This document shows positions 1 to 9,509 of a stretch of 64,000 nucleotides of DNA, in pieces. The stretch lies in the NCBI GenBank assembly GCA_040219515.1, contig JAVJSI010000016.1, positions 61,390 through 125,389 on the forward strand, in the 5' to 3' direction. The stretch comes from Acidimicrobiales bacterium (GTDB lineage: Bacteria > Actinomycetota > Acidimicrobiia > Acidimicrobiales > Aldehydirespiratoraceae). Position numbers and translations under genes: made by a program. The first letter of the stretch is position 1. Each line of letters begins with the position of its first letter. The notes under the pieces are model-generated. The model was not told the DNA's origin. It ran no database searches and was given only the letters and a program-made list of their open reading frames with translations.

Positions 1-585
1 GCGGGGGAGGCGCACCCGCCGGCGGCCGAGGGAGCCCGAGGCGGTCGGCATGTCGTCGAGGCGGTCGGTGAGCGTCCGGGCCGTGAGGCTGCCGGTCGAG
101 GCCTCGTCGGCGAGGCCGAGGAGCGCGTCCCGCAACTCGGTTGTGGCCCCCGGGGCGAGATGGCGGATGAGGTCACCGAGCGCCGCGAGGTCGTCGGCTT
201 CACCGACCGGGTCGAACGGGGTTGCGTCGGCCAGTCCGCAGATCACCGGCCGGCGGCTGCCGCTCACGACGACGTGGTCGGCGACGAGGGACCGGTGGGC
301 CAGGCCGAGGTCGTGGAGGTCGGCGACGGTCGATGCCAACGTCGCCAGGCCTTCGACGATCTCGCGGTCGGTGGCCGGGGGGGTGCGGGCCCAGGTGTCG
401 GTGCCCACGTAGGCCGTGTGCAGTTCGGGCGGGTCGCCGTCGACGAAGTCGACGTAGGGGACCAGACCCGGATGATCGAGGCGGGCGAGCAACTCCGCTT
501 CGCGACGGCGGCGGCCGGGGTCGGAGGCCTCGGCGCGCTTGACCGCGATCAAACGATCGTCGATGCGAGTGACGGTGATGGTCAT
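1..585 (-). CDS. Protein-kinase-like (probable pseudokinase) protein, N-terminal part; C-terminus runs off the left edge
   Basis: Hand translation of the minus strand from ATG at 585..583 gives 195 uninterrupted codons to base 1 (MTITVTRIDDRLIAVKRAEASDPGRRRREAELLARLDHPGLVPYVDF...LAHRSLVADHVVV...ICGLADA). It is kinase-like in the beta3 Lys (IAVK) and alphaC (REAELLARLDHP), but HRD reads HRS and DFG reads GLA. It is absent from the ORF track because it has no stop inside the window. Confidence 0.5.
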   Translation of the reverse strand, partial: MTITVTRIDDRLIAVKRAEASDPGRRRREAELLARLDHPGLVPYVDFVDGDPPELHTAYVGTDTWARTPPATDREIVEGLATLASTVADLHDLGLAHRSLVADHVVVSGSRRPVICGLADATPFDPVGEADDLAALGDLIRHLAPGATTELRDALLGLADEASTGSLTARTLTDRLDDMPTASGSLGRRRVRLPR

Positions 586-679
586 ACAGCATGAAATAAC
601 ACGAAAAGTGCGTAGATGCAATCTCCTGGTGTGTCGTTCGCCATCATGGGCTGTCGGGTGCGAGCGCTAGCCTTGTGGG

Positions 680-2089
680 ATGTCGTCGCCCCGAGTCGTT
701 GCGGTCGAGCCGGGTTCGCCGGCTGCCCTCGCGGGTATCCGCGCGGGCGACGAGATCCGGGCGATCGACGGCGAAGTGCCGCGCGACGTCATCCGTTGGC
801 AGATCCTCACCGACGAACCCGAGGTGCATCTCTCCATCGAGCGCGACGATGCCCGGGTGGAGACGGTGGTGCACAAGGCCGACGGCGAACCGTTGGGAAT
901 CGAGGTGCACGCCGCGGTCTTCGACAAGGTGCAGACCTGCGACAACCATTGTGAGTTCTGCTTCATCCATCAGCTCCCCAAGGGCATGCGACGGTCGCTC
1001 TACCTGAAGGACGACGACTATCGCCTGTCCTTCCTCTACGGGAACTTCACCACGCTCACGCGGTTCACGGAGCTCGATCTCGAGCGGGTCATCACCGAGC
1101 GGCTGTCGCCGCTGCACGTGTCGATTCATGCCACCGACCCCGAGATCCGCGCCGACATCCTGCGCAACCGCCGCGGCGCCGTCTCGTTGCGGTGGCTTCG
1201 GGCCCTGCTCGACGCCGGGATCGAGGTCCACGGCCAGGTCGTGGTCTGCCCGGGCCTCAACGACGGCGACGTGCTCGACGACACCCTGGCCGGCGTCCTC
1301 GAACGCTTCCCCGAACTCGCCACCGTGTGCGTGGTGCCGCTCGGCGTCTCCCAGTTCAACACCCAGGAGCGCATGCGGCCCCACACGCTGGCCGAGGCCC
1401 AGCGCGTCGTCGATGTGGTCGACGGCTGGCAGGAGACCTTTCTCGCTGCCCTCGGCCGCCGCGTGGTGTTCGCGGCCGACGAGTACTACCTGCTCGCCGA
1501 GCGGCCGTTTCCGGCCGCCGAGATCTACGGCGACTTCCCGATGCACGAGGACGGCATCGGCATGGCCCGCACTCTCGAAGCCGAGTTCCACGACCCCACC
1601 GCCGAGCCGACCGGCACGCAGGCCGGATTCTTCGCCTGGGTCGACGGTGCTCCCGCCGACGGCTATCGAGCGCCTCGCACCGATTCGCCCGCCACGGCGG
1701 TCGCCGCAGCCGGGAGCGGTCCGGTCGCGTTGGTCCCGGTCTCGTTGACGCCTCGACCCAACGCGCCGGTCGGGATTCTCACCGGCACCCTGGGGGCGCC
1801 GATTCTGGCGCCGCTCGTGGCCGAGATCGGGCGCGACGACGTGCGGGTGATCCCCGTCCCCAACGACTACTTCGGCGGCAACATCGGGGTGAGCGGCCTG
1901 ATGGTCGGCGAAGACATCGCCCGCGTCCTCGCCGCCGAGCCCGAAGGCCACCGCTACGTCTTGCCCGACGTCTGTCTGAGTCGAGGTGTCTTCCTCGACG
2001 GCACCCGCCCGGAGGACCTGCCGCGACCCGTCGAGGTCATTGCGACCGATGGCGCTGCCCTGCGCCGAGCCCTGGAGGGCGTCCGATGA
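680..2089 (+). CDS. PDZ domain + radical-SAM-like DUF512-family protein
   Basis: 469-aa ORF with a PDZ-like N-terminus (VEPGSPAALAGIRAGDEIRAIDG). A CX3CX2C cluster (CDNHCEFC) is followed by DDDYRLSFLYGNFTTLT, typical of the DUF512-type radical SAM family. Its stop overlaps the der start (ATGA at 2086..2089). Confidence 0.8.
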   Translation: MSSPRVVAVEPGSPAALAGIRAGDEIRAIDGEVPRDVIRWQILTDEPEVHLSIERDDARVETVVHKADGEPLGIEVHAAVFDKVQTCDNHCEFCFIHQLPKGMRRSLYLKDDDYRLSFLYGNFTTLTRFTELDLERVITERLSPLHVSIHATDPEIRADILRNRRGAVSLRWLRALLDAGIEVHGQVVVCPGLNDGDVLDDTLAGVLERFPELATVCVVPLGVSQFNTQERMRPHTLAEAQRVVDVVDGWQETFLAALGRRVVFAADEYYLLAERPFPAAEIYGDFPMHEDGIGMARTLEAEFHDPTAEPTGTQAGFFAWVDGAPADGYRAPRTDSPATAVAAAGSGPVALVPVSLTPRPNAPVGILTGTLGAPILAPLVAEIGRDDVRVIPVPNDYFGGNIGVSGLMVGEDIARVLAAEPEGHRYVLPDVCLSRGVFLDGTRPEDLPRPVEVIATDGAALRRALEGVR

Positions 2090-3399
2090 AGAAGCCGTTG
2101 GTTGCGATCGTCGGACGGCCCAATGTCGGCAAGTCCACCCTGGTCAACCGCATCCTCGGGCGCCGCGAGGCGATCGTCGAGGAGCGACCGGGCGTCACCC
2201 GCGATCGCAAGGAAGTGGAGTGCGAATGGCTCGGTCACGAGTTCCGTCTGCTCGACACGGGCGGATGGATGACCGACGGCGATGAACTCGACGACAAGGT
2301 GACGGCGCAGAGCGAGCGGGCGATGGCCGAGGCCGACGTGGTGATGTTCGTGCTCGACTCGACGGTTGGGGTCACTCCCGACGACGTGCAGGTGGCCAAT
2401 CTCCTGCGCCGCTCGCCGATTCCCGTTCTCGTGGTGGGCAACAAGGTCGACGACGTCAGTCACGAGGCGGCGATCTGGGAGCTGCTGGGGCTGGGAATGG
2501 GCGACCCGTTCCCGGTCAGCGCGTTGCACGGGAAGGGCACCGGCGACCTGCTCGACGCGCTCATCGCCCTGCTGCCCGAACGCACCGACGAGTCCGACGA
2601 GGACGACACGCTCGACGCCGACGACGAGAAGATGTTCTCGGTCAGCCTGGTCGGTCGCCCCAACGTCGGGAAGTCGACACTGTTCAACCGGCTCATCGGT
2701 GAGGAGCGCTCGGTCGTCCACGACCGGCCCGGCACCACCCGCGATGCGATCGACACGATCGTCGAGACCGAACACGGACCGATCAAGTTCGTCGACACCG
2801 CCGGCATGCGCCGCAAGTCCCGCATCGACGAGGACACCGAGTACTACTCCACCGTGCGCGCCCTGAAGGCCGTCGACCTCTCCGACGTGGCGCTGCTGGT
2901 GATCGATGCGACGATCGGTATCACCCACCAGGACCAACGTCTCGCCGAGCGGGTCGACGGTGCGGGCTGTCCGATCGTCATCCTGCTCAACAAGTGGGAA
3001 CTCCTCGGCACCGAGGCCCGCGAGAAGATCGCCGACGATCTCGAACGCAAGCTGTCGTTCCTGGCCGATCCGCCGGTCCTGCGCATCAGCGCGCTGACCG
3101 GCAAGGGAGTGAATCGGCTCTGGCCGGCACTGCAGACGGCTGTGGGGGAGTACCGCACCCGCATTCCGACCCGCGAGGTGAACAAGGTGATCCGTGCCGC
3201 CCAGGCCGCCCAGCCGGCGCCCCACGGGGCGCGGGTTCTCTACGCCACGCAGGGCGCCACCGATCCGCCGACGTTCACGCTGTTCGCCAATCGGGAAGTC
3301 CCCTCCACCTACCTGCGCTATCTCGAGCGTTCGCTGCGCGAGGCGTTCTCGCTCGGATCGACACCGATAAAGGTGCGGGTCCGAAAGCGCAGCGACTGA
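2086..3399 (+). CDS. der: Ribosome-associated GTPase Der/EngA (tandem GTPase domains + KH-like C-terminus)
   Basis: Two P-loops (GRPNVGKSTLVNR and GRPNVGKSTLFNR), DTGG/DTAG and NKVD/NKWE motifs. The long ORF 1192..3399 is trimmed to the ATG at 2086 (MKKPLVAIVGRPNVGKS), which gives the usual ~437 aa. Confidence 0.95.
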   Translation: MKKPLVAIVGRPNVGKSTLVNRILGRREAIVEERPGVTRDRKEVECEWLGHEFRLLDTGGWMTDGDELDDKVTAQSERAMAEADVVMFVLDSTVGVTPDDVQVANLLRRSPIPVLVVGNKVDDVSHEAAIWELLGLGMGDPFPVSALHGKGTGDLLDALIALLPERTDESDEDDTLDADDEKMFSVSLVGRPNVGKSTLFNRLIGEERSVVHDRPGTTRDAIDTIVETEHGPIKFVDTAGMRRKSRIDEDTEYYSTVRALKAVDLSDVALLVIDATIGITHQDQRLAERVDGAGCPIVILLNKWELLGTEAREKIADDLERKLSFLADPPVLRISALTGKGVNRLWPALQTAVGEYRTRIPTREVNKVIRAAQAAQPAPHGARVLYATQGATDPPTFTLFANREVPSTYLRYLERSLREAFSLGSTPIKVRVRKRSD

Positions 3400-3448
3400 G
3401 CGCTACCATTCACAGACCGAGTTCGCCCGTGTCGCCGGAGGAGGCCCG

Positions 3449-4531
3449 ATGACCACCATCATTCTCGGCATTCTCGCCCTGGTCGCTTCGGCGACCGCCG
3501 CGGTCTACGCCCATTCGGCCCGATTGAGAGTGCGGCTCGTCTCGCTCGTGAACTCCGATCCGGCGATGGACATCGAGGCCCACTCGCTGGCGTTCGCCTC
3601 GTACCGCAAGGAGGCGCACACCTCGCTGTTCTACGGCCTGCTCGCGCTCGCGGCGGCGACGGCTGCGGTGGTGGGTGGCGGTGGCACCGGCGCCCGCCCG
3701 TTCGGTCTGATGATCGTGCCGGCCGTGGCCGGGCTCTGGTGGTCTCGCAGTTCGAGCCGCGAGGCGCGCATGGCCCGCAACCGGTTCGACCTCGAACGCC
3801 GAGCCGGCGAGGCGCTCGAACAGGAACAGCTGGCCCCCAAGGCGTGGGCCGCTCGTCTGGCGCCCGAAGAGGTGCCCGACTTCAGCGGCTTCGAGATCGG
3901 TCGCGTCTACCAGGCCGGCTCGGGTCTGATGGCGGGTGACTTCTTCGATGTCCATCGCCTGAGCCCCACCCGCGTCGCGGCGGTCATCGGCGACGTCGCG
4001 GGTCACGGCATCGAGTCCTCGATCACCGCTTTTCAGGCGAAATACCTGCTCAGGGTGTTCCTGCGGCAGTTCCGTGATCCCGCCCAGGCGTTCGAAGAGC
4101 TCAACGCCCAGCTCGCGGCCGGCGACCGCCACGAGGAGTTCATCTCGGCCGTGGTCATCGTCTTCGACACCGAAGCGGGCACCCTGCGGTACGCCTCGGC
4201 GGGTCACCCGGCGGTGTTCCTGTTCCAGGAGGACGGCACCCTGCCACTGCGCTCCACCGGCCCGCTGCTGATGCTCGACCCCAAGGCCGGCTACTTCTCG
4301 CGCGAGATCTCCATGGAGAGCGGCGACCTGGTGGTCATGTACACCGATGGCCTGGCCGAAGCCCGGGCCGGTGGCCCGCTCTTCGGTGAGGAGCGCATCA
4401 TCAAGACCGCCGAACGTGAGCTCAACGCGCCGGCCGACGTGCTGTGCAAGGCACTGCTGGATGCGGCGAAGGACCACGCCGGAGGCGTGATCGACGACGA
4501 CACCGCCATCATGGCGATCCGTCGCGACTGA
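3449..4531 (+). CDS. Membrane-anchored PP2C/SpoIIE-family serine phosphatase
   Basis: N-terminal hydrophobic helices are followed by GDFFDV...IGDVAGHGIESS...YASAGHP...MYTDGLAEA, the RsbU/SpoIIE PP2C pattern. A strong RBS (GGAGGAGG) lies upstream of the ATG. Confidence 0.85.
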   Translation: MTTIILGILALVASATAAVYAHSARLRVRLVSLVNSDPAMDIEAHSLAFASYRKEAHTSLFYGLLALAAATAAVVGGGGTGARPFGLMIVPAVAGLWWSRSSSREARMARNRFDLERRAGEALEQEQLAPKAWAARLAPEEVPDFSGFEIGRVYQAGSGLMAGDFFDVHRLSPTRVAAVIGDVAGHGIESSITAFQAKYLLRVFLRQFRDPAQAFEELNAQLAAGDRHEEFISAVVIVFDTEAGTLRYASAGHPAVFLFQEDGTLPLRSTGPLLMLDPKAGYFSREISMESGDLVVMYTDGLAEARAGGPLFGEERIIKTAERELNAPADVLCKALLDAAKDHAGGVIDDDTAIMAIRRD

Positions 4532-4568
4532 GCCGCAGAATCCCCTCCGGTCCGCCTAGCCTCGACCG

Positions 4569-4778
4569 ATGCCGTGGTGCGAACCGTGTGAGAAGAACTG
4601 GACACCGTCGTCGCTCTCGGCCGACGGCAACTGTCCCGACTGCGGTCGACCAGTGGAGGGCACGCCGGGTGTCGACCACGCTCCCCACACGACGCCCTGG
4701 CATTTCTGGGTCGGTGTGGCCTTCGCCGCCGCCTACCTTCTGTGGCGCGCCGTCGAGGGACTGTTGCTGCTCTTCTGA
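4569..4778 (+). CDS. Small zinc-ribbon membrane protein (hypothetical)
   Basis: 69 aa with CxxC...CxxC (CEPC, CPDC) and a C-terminal hydrophobic helix (WHFWVGVAFAAAYLLW). I recognise no homology. Confidence 0.4.
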   Translation: MPWCEPCEKNWTPSSLSADGNCPDCGRPVEGTPGVDHAPHTTPWHFWVGVAFAAAYLLWRAVEGLLLLF

Positions 4779-4832
4779 GCCGGGTCTTCCGACCCAGGCG
4801 ATCGGCGCCGGACGCGCCTATCCTCAGGCGTC

Positions 4833-5720
4833 ATGAACGCGGACATGCTCCAGAAGATCAAGAACGAGAGCGGCTTCATCGCCGCCCTCGACCAGAGTGG
4901 TGGCAGCACTCCCAAGGCGCTGAAGCTCTACGGCATCGAGGAGGACGCCTACGACGGCGAGGAGGAGATGTTCGATCTCATCCACGCGATGCGGAGCCGC
5001 ATCGTCACCAGCCCCAGCTTCAACGGCGACCGGGTGCTCGGCGCGATCCTTTTCGAGATGACCATGGACCGTGACATCGACGGTGTCGGCACCGCCGAGT
5101 ACCTGTGGAACACCAAGAACGTCGTGCCGTTCCTGAAGGTCGACAAGGGCCTCGCCGACGAGGTCGACGGCGTGCAGGTCATGAAGCCGATGCCCGATCT
5201 CGACGCGCTGTGCGAGCGGGCCGTGGGCAAGGGCGTGTTCGGCACGAAGATGCGTTCGGTCATCAACGAGGCCGACGCCGCAGGCGTCGATGCGGTGGTC
5301 GACCAGCAGTTCGAGGTCGGCAAGCAGATCCTCGGTCACGGGCTGATGCCCATCATCGAGCCCGAGGTCAACATCAATTCCTCGACGAAGGCTGAGGCCG
5401 AGGCGTTGCTCAAGGCCGCCATTCTCCGCAATCTCGACGGTCTGGCCGACGACCAGCAGGTGATGCTGAAGCTCACGCTTCCCGAGGCCGACGGCTTCTA
5501 CGCCGACCTGATCGCGCACCCCAAGGTGCTCAAGGTCGTGGCGCTGTCCGGCGGCTACTCACGCGACGAGTCCTGCGCCCGACTCGGTCGCCAGCAGGGC
5601 ATGATCGCCAGCTTCTCGCGTGCCCTCACCGAGGGCCTCTCGGCCCAGCAGAGCGACGACGAGTTCAACTCGCTGCTCGACGGCGCGGTCGGCAGCATCG
5701 CCGCCGCGTCGGCCACCTGA
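4833..5720 (+). CDS. fda: Fructose-bisphosphate aldolase, class I (Fda type)
   Basis: N-terminus KNESGFIAALDQSGGSTPKALKLYGI...SPSFNGDRVLGAILFEMTMDR...VPFLKVDKGLA closely follows the Gram-positive class I Fda sequence as I recall it. Confidence 0.9.
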   Translation: MNADMLQKIKNESGFIAALDQSGGSTPKALKLYGIEEDAYDGEEEMFDLIHAMRSRIVTSPSFNGDRVLGAILFEMTMDRDIDGVGTAEYLWNTKNVVPFLKVDKGLADEVDGVQVMKPMPDLDALCERAVGKGVFGTKMRSVINEADAAGVDAVVDQQFEVGKQILGHGLMPIIEPEVNINSSTKAEAEALLKAAILRNLDGLADDQQVMLKLTLPEADGFYADLIAHPKVLKVVALSGGYSRDESCARLGRQQGMIASFSRALTEGLSAQQSDDEFNSLLDGAVGSIAAASAT

Positions 5721-8435
5721 TCACGCCCGTCGGAAGCGGCGCCGCACTCGCGGGTTGACCCGGGCTCTGACCGTCTCGACGGCCAGATAGAGCGCCGGGA
5801 AGGCCGTGAGCACGAGGAACGTCGAGCTCACGAGGCCACCGATCAACACGAAACAGAGCGCTTCCCAGAACGGGTCGCTGAGGGCCAGTGGAAGAAGCCC
5901 GGCCACGGTGGTCGCAGTCGTGACCACGAGTGGACGGAAACGCCGTTCGACGGCCTCACGGATCGCTTCGGCCGGAGTCCCGCCGCGCCCGCGGGCCTGA
6001 TTCGCGGCGTCGACGAGCAGGATGGTGTTGTTGACCGCCACGCCGATGAGGGCGATGAACCCGACCCCGACGAAGAAGCTGATGGAGTTGTCGGTGCGCT
6101 CGAGCAGGTTGAAGACGCCGAAGAACGAGAACGGCACGGCGAGGAACACGAGCAGCGGCTGGACCAGCGAACGGAACTGCAGCACGAGGAACAGCAGCGT
6201 CAGAACGATGGCGAAGATCAGGGCGATCCCCAGCGATGCGAAGTCGTCCTGGTTGTCGGACTCCAGCCCGAAGTCGAAGTTCAGGGCATCGGCATCGAGG
6301 CCGCGGGCCTCGAGATCGGCCGCCGGCCAGCGATCGGCGACGAAGTCCTCGGCGGCGGTGAGGTTGCTGGTGGTGTCGTCGGTGTCGAATGCCGCCCGCA
6401 CCTCGAGCTTGGGAACCCCGTCGGTCCGCCACACCTGGTCGGCGGAGGCGACGAAGGCGGTGGTGAACCGGGTCGGGTCACCCGTGGTCTTGTCGATCAT
6501 GCTCCCGGGCAACGCCTCGGCCACTTCCATGGCGAGGGCCTCGGCCGCCGCGAGCTGGCCTTCGTCGAAGACGATCTGGACCTGGAAGGGGAACTCGTCG
6601 ACCGGCGGTCCGACGTCGACCGGATTCGCGACGACCCGAACGCCCTCGACCTCGGCGGTGGCCTGCTCGATACGGTCGACGTAGCCGGGCGAGGTCTCAC
6701 CGCGGTCGCTCATCGGCACGAGATCCACGAAGGCGAACGAGCCCCGAGCATTGCCGCTCACGACCTGGTAGCGCTCGGCATCGTCCCCGAGTACGTCGAG
6801 CACGATGGTGTCGATGTCGGCCTGGATCGCTCGCGCGACGTCGATCGTGGTGCCGGGGTCGAAGTCGACGCTGATCTGGAGCGCATTCGAGTCCTTGGTC
6901 GGAGGGAAGATGTTGAATCCGATTCGTCCGGCCGCACCGAAGGAGTTGGCGATCATGGCGACGGCGAGGGCGACGAGCCCCACCCACACCACGCGCCCCC
7001 GCCAGCCGTGACCGGCCGGATAGGCGGCGAGACGACCGAGATCGCGGGCCACGCGTTTCTGGAGGCGGACGACGGGCCCGGTGGCCCTGGAGCCCCGCAG
7101 GATGAAGACACGACCGAGTGTCGGGATGACGGTGACCGACAGCAGGAACGACAGCGCCAGGGTGAGCATGACGGTGACCGGGATCGGACGGATGAACTCG
7201 CCGAGGATGCCGCTGATGAACACCATCGGTGCGAAGACGGTGAGGGTGCTGAGCGTGCCCGCGAACGAGGCTGCCCCGACGCGATCGACCGCGGCGCGGA
7301 TGACCCCGACCTCACGGGGGTCTTCGTTGGTCGCGATGTCCCGATTGGCATCGACGGATTCGCTGACGACGATGGCGTCGTCCACGAGGAGCCCGAGCGT
7401 CAGGATGAGCCCGAACAGCGTGATGGTGTTGAGCGAGTAGCCGATGAGCAGGAGGCCGATGAGCGACGTGAGCATGACGGTGGCCATGAACGCCGCCGTC
7501 AGCACGGCCGCACGCCAGCCGATGAGCAGGAGGCTGATGAGGGCCACTGCGACGAGGCCGACGAGGAGGTTGGACGTGAGTGAGCCGAGTTGGGCCCGGA
7601 TGTCGTCGGCGAACTCCGCGCCGATCACTGCTCTGAAGCCCTCGTCGAGGCCCACACCGTCGTCGAGTCGCTGCTGCACGGCGTCGCTGAACTCGAGGGT
7701 GTCGACGTCGGCGTCGTCGTTGCGGATCAGGCCGACGCCGATCGATTCCGTGCTCGACGTGTCGCCCTGTTCCGCGTAGCGCGTGAACGACGTCCGCCGG
7801 ATCTCCTCCTCGGCCGTCGTGGGGTTGACGGATGCGGTCAGCAGGTCCAGGGGTTCGGCCAGCGAGACCTCGTCGAGACCGTCGAGCATGTCGGCGGCCC
7901 GACTGGCCTGTGACTGGAGCGTGTCCGCCGAGGCGCTGTCGGGGCCGATGATCGTGACGATGATGTCGTAGGTGTCGTTGAACTTCGTGGCGTCGACCGG
8001 CTCGATGGTGAGATCGACCACGTCCGGGAGGACCGGCTCGGCCACCGCGGTGAGCGCGGCCACCCCGTCGCGCGACGAGAATGACGAGTCGAACTCCACG
8101 ACGCCGACGAACCCGTTGTCGCGAGCGAACGTGCGAATCTGGTCGACCCCCTCCACGTCGGCGTAGGCGGCCTCGAACGGGATCGCGATCTCGGCGTCGA
8201 CCCGAGCGGGATCGTCCACGAAGTACGTGGCTTCCGCGACGACGACGGGGATGTTGACCGGGGGGAAGCCCTCGCGGTCGAGTCCGTCGGCGTAGGCGTA
8301 GCTGCCGAGAAGCAGCAGGCCGGCCCAGACGACGAGCGTCGCACGCGGTCGTCGAGTCGCCAGGAGCGCCGCCCGCGTGACGAGGCGCGTCCGTTCTGGT
8401 GGGGGAGAACCAGGCACCGGGAGAACGTACTCCAA
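5721..8435 (-). CDS. RND-superfamily efflux/transport permease (AcrB/MMPL-like)
   Basis: 904-aa ORF with two blocks of multiple TM helices, each following a large soluble loop. Typical RND segments are present (LVDDAIVVSE, FLVLQFRS, GFIALIGVAVNNTILLVD). The true start may be internal, around 8378. Confidence 0.8.
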   Translation of the reverse strand: MEYVLPVPGSPPPERTRLVTRAALLATRRPRATLVVWAGLLLLGSYAYADGLDREGFPPVNIPVVVAEATYFVDDPARVDAEIAIPFEAAYADVEGVDQIRTFARDNGFVGVVEFDSSFSSRDGVAALTAVAEPVLPDVVDLTIEPVDATKFNDTYDIIVTIIGPDSASADTLQSQASRAADMLDGLDEVSLAEPLDLLTASVNPTTAEEEIRRTSFTRYAEQGDTSSTESIGVGLIRNDDADVDTLEFSDAVQQRLDDGVGLDEGFRAVIGAEFADDIRAQLGSLTSNLLVGLVAVALISLLLIGWRAAVLTAAFMATVMLTSLIGLLLIGYSLNTITLFGLILTLGLLVDDAIVVSESVDANRDIATNEDPREVGVIRAAVDRVGAASFAGTLSTLTVFAPMVFISGILGEFIRPIPVTVMLTLALSFLLSVTVIPTLGRVFILRGSRATGPVVRLQKRVARDLGRLAAYPAGHGWRGRVVWVGLVALAVAMIANSFGAAGRIGFNIFPPTKDSNALQISVDFDPGTTIDVARAIQADIDTIVLDVLGDDAERYQVVSGNARGSFAFVDLVPMSDRGETSPGYVDRIEQATAEVEGVRVVANPVDVGPPVDEFPFQVQIVFDEGQLAAAEALAMEVAEALPGSMIDKTTGDPTRFTTAFVASADQVWRTDGVPKLEVRAAFDTDDTTSNLTAAEDFVADRWPAADLEARGLDADALNFDFGLESDNQDDFASLGIALIFAIVLTLLFLVLQFRSLVQPLLVFLAVPFSFFGVFNLLERTDNSISFFVGVGFIALIGVAVNNTILLVDAANQARGRGGTPAEAIREAVERRFRPLVVTTATTVAGLLPLALSDPFWEALCFVLIGGLVSSTFLVLTAFPALYLAVETVRARVNPRVRRRFRRA

Positions 8436-8480
8436 TGCGGTAGGTCCGGCCCCCCAACGCGGGTATCGTCACTGCCGTCA

Positions 8481-8555
8481 CGGGCTGTGGCGCAGCTTGG
8501 TTAGCGCGTCGGTCTGGGGGACCGAAGGTCGGAGGTTCAAATCCTCTCAGCCCGA
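8481..8555 (+). tRNA. tRNA-Pro (anticodon GGG)
   Basis: Hand-folded 75-nt cloverleaf. Acceptor stem is CGGGCUG/CAGCCCG + A73, D stem GCGC/GCGC, anticodon stem UCGGU/ACCGA with loop CUGGGGG (GGG at 34-36, G37), and T arm GGAGG-UUCAAAU-CCUCU. CCA is not encoded. Confidence 0.9.
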
Positions 8556-8556
8556 C
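8513..8556. repeat. attL: 44-bp direct repeat covering the tRNA-Pro 3-prime half
   Basis: tctgggggaccgaaggtcggaggttcaaatcctctcagcccgac is identical to 17122..17165. Confidence 0.9.
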
Positions 8557-8573
8557 AACGAAACTCCCGCAGC

Positions 8574-8599
8574 GGACCTTGGGGATTGGCCCAAGGTCC
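8574..8599 (+). terminator. Stem-loop just downstream of the reconstituted tRNA-Pro
   Basis: Perfect 10-bp inverted repeat ggaccttggg / cccaaggtcc with a 6-nt loop, 19 nt after the tRNA end. No clear U-tract. Confidence 0.45.
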
Positions 8600-8917
8600 G
8601 TACCGGGTGTAGCGGGCTCGATGTTGGGTTCGGACACCGCATGGACACGCCGGTCCGGTCTCGGAGTTCGGCTCCCAAGAAAGTTCTGGGTCCGCGTGCA
8701 AAAAACTGGGGTGTGGGTGGCCTTTACTCCATGAGAGGCACATTTCTGAGCCGTCCCGGTTACTCCGGTACGGGGCGGGAAACCGTGGTACACTCTCGTT
8801 TCACAACTTATCCCCGAGAGCTAGGGCCCGGGTTGGACAACTGTTCCGGCTCGAATACACCCCGAGGCGATACTCGTCATGGCTTGCCATGGGCTCTCTC
8901 TGATTACGGAGGAACCC

Positions 8918-9466
8918 ATGGTTCATTCATTTTTGCCCGACAATTCGCCCGTTACCGAGGCTCAGCTTCGCCAGTTCCACGCTGGTGTGAAGCGCCGGAG
9001 TTCGAGCCTTCTGAACGAACAGGACGTCGAGGACCTTGCGTCCGACATCCTTGTCGATGCGTACGCAGCAGCTAAGCGGCTGGGGTACGACCCGATGCGG
9101 TTGGCGTTCGCCATGTCGAAGAATCGCCCGAGGTACTACAGCCGGGCCAAGACCCGCAAGGTCCGAGAACTCGGCGAACTCGACCTGCTTGTCGCCGGTG
9201 ACGACCCCGATGACCCCGAAGACGAACTGGTCGATGACACGGCCTGGACCGACCATCGGGCCTCGTTCGAGGACCTGCTGGGTCTGAACGCCATGCTCCA
9301 GGACTTGCCCGAGCACCAGCGCCACGTCGTAGAACTCGACCTGGCAGGCCTTACCGATGACGAGATTGGCCAGGTCCTCGACCGGTCCGTCTCCACCGTT
9401 AGTCGCCGGCGCACGGCCGCAAGAGCCTCGATTCGGCGACAGTGTCGCCACACCGGGTCGGCCTGA
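8918..9466 (+). CDS. Island-encoded sigma-70-family-like protein (region 4 HTH clear, region 2 weak)
   Basis: C-terminus LPEHQRHVVELDLAGLTDDEIGQVLDRSVSTVSRRRTAARASIRR is a typical ECF/sigma-70 region 4. The start is moved from 8879 to the ATG at 8918, preceded by GGAGGA (8908..8913). Confidence 0.6.
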   Translation: MVHSFLPDNSPVTEAQLRQFHAGVKRRSSSLLNEQDVEDLASDILVDAYAAAKRLGYDPMRLAFAMSKNRPRYYSRAKTRKVRELGELDLLVAGDDPDDPEDELVDDTAWTDHRASFEDLLGLNAMLQDLPEHQRHVVELDLAGLTDDEIGQVLDRSVSTVSRRRTAARASIRRQCRHTGSA

Positions 9467-9484
9467 CCCCGACATCTAGAAGTC

Positions 9485-9509
9485 GCCCCGGGGGACAGCC
9501 CCCCGGGGC
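9485..9509 (+). terminator. GC-rich hairpin between the sigma-like gene and the ATPase gene
   Basis: gccccggggg / cccccggggc 10-bp stem with a 5-nt loop. A second 6-bp hairpin follows (acagcg-caacagt-cgctgt, 9515..9533). Could act as an attenuator, terminator or operator. Confidence 0.4.

Noticed and set aside
1192-2085. N-terminal 298-codon extension of der in the track ORF 1192..3399
   Set aside because: The extension is an Arg/Pro-rich out-of-frame read of the DUF512 gene. Der begins at MKKPLVAIVGRPNVGKS, with the ATG overlapping the upstream stop.
644-3225. Long minus-strand ORFs (644..1951, 1954..3225) antisense to the DUF512 and der genes
   Set aside because: Their translations are Arg/Gly/Pro/His-rich with no motifs. 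The opposite strand carries clear radical-SAM and Der GTPase motifs. These are typical high-GC shadow ORFs.
8800-8880. Possible sigma-70 promoter (ttggac-17 nt-tacacc) upstream of the island sigma-like gene
   Set aside because: The -10 lacks the conserved final T and I cannot score it, so it is too weak to report as a feature.
7312-9075. ORFs 7312..8793 (-) and 8377..9075 (+) running across the tRNA-Pro gene and island border
   Set aside because: They cross a well-folded tRNA and the att repeat, and their sequences are low-complexity junk.
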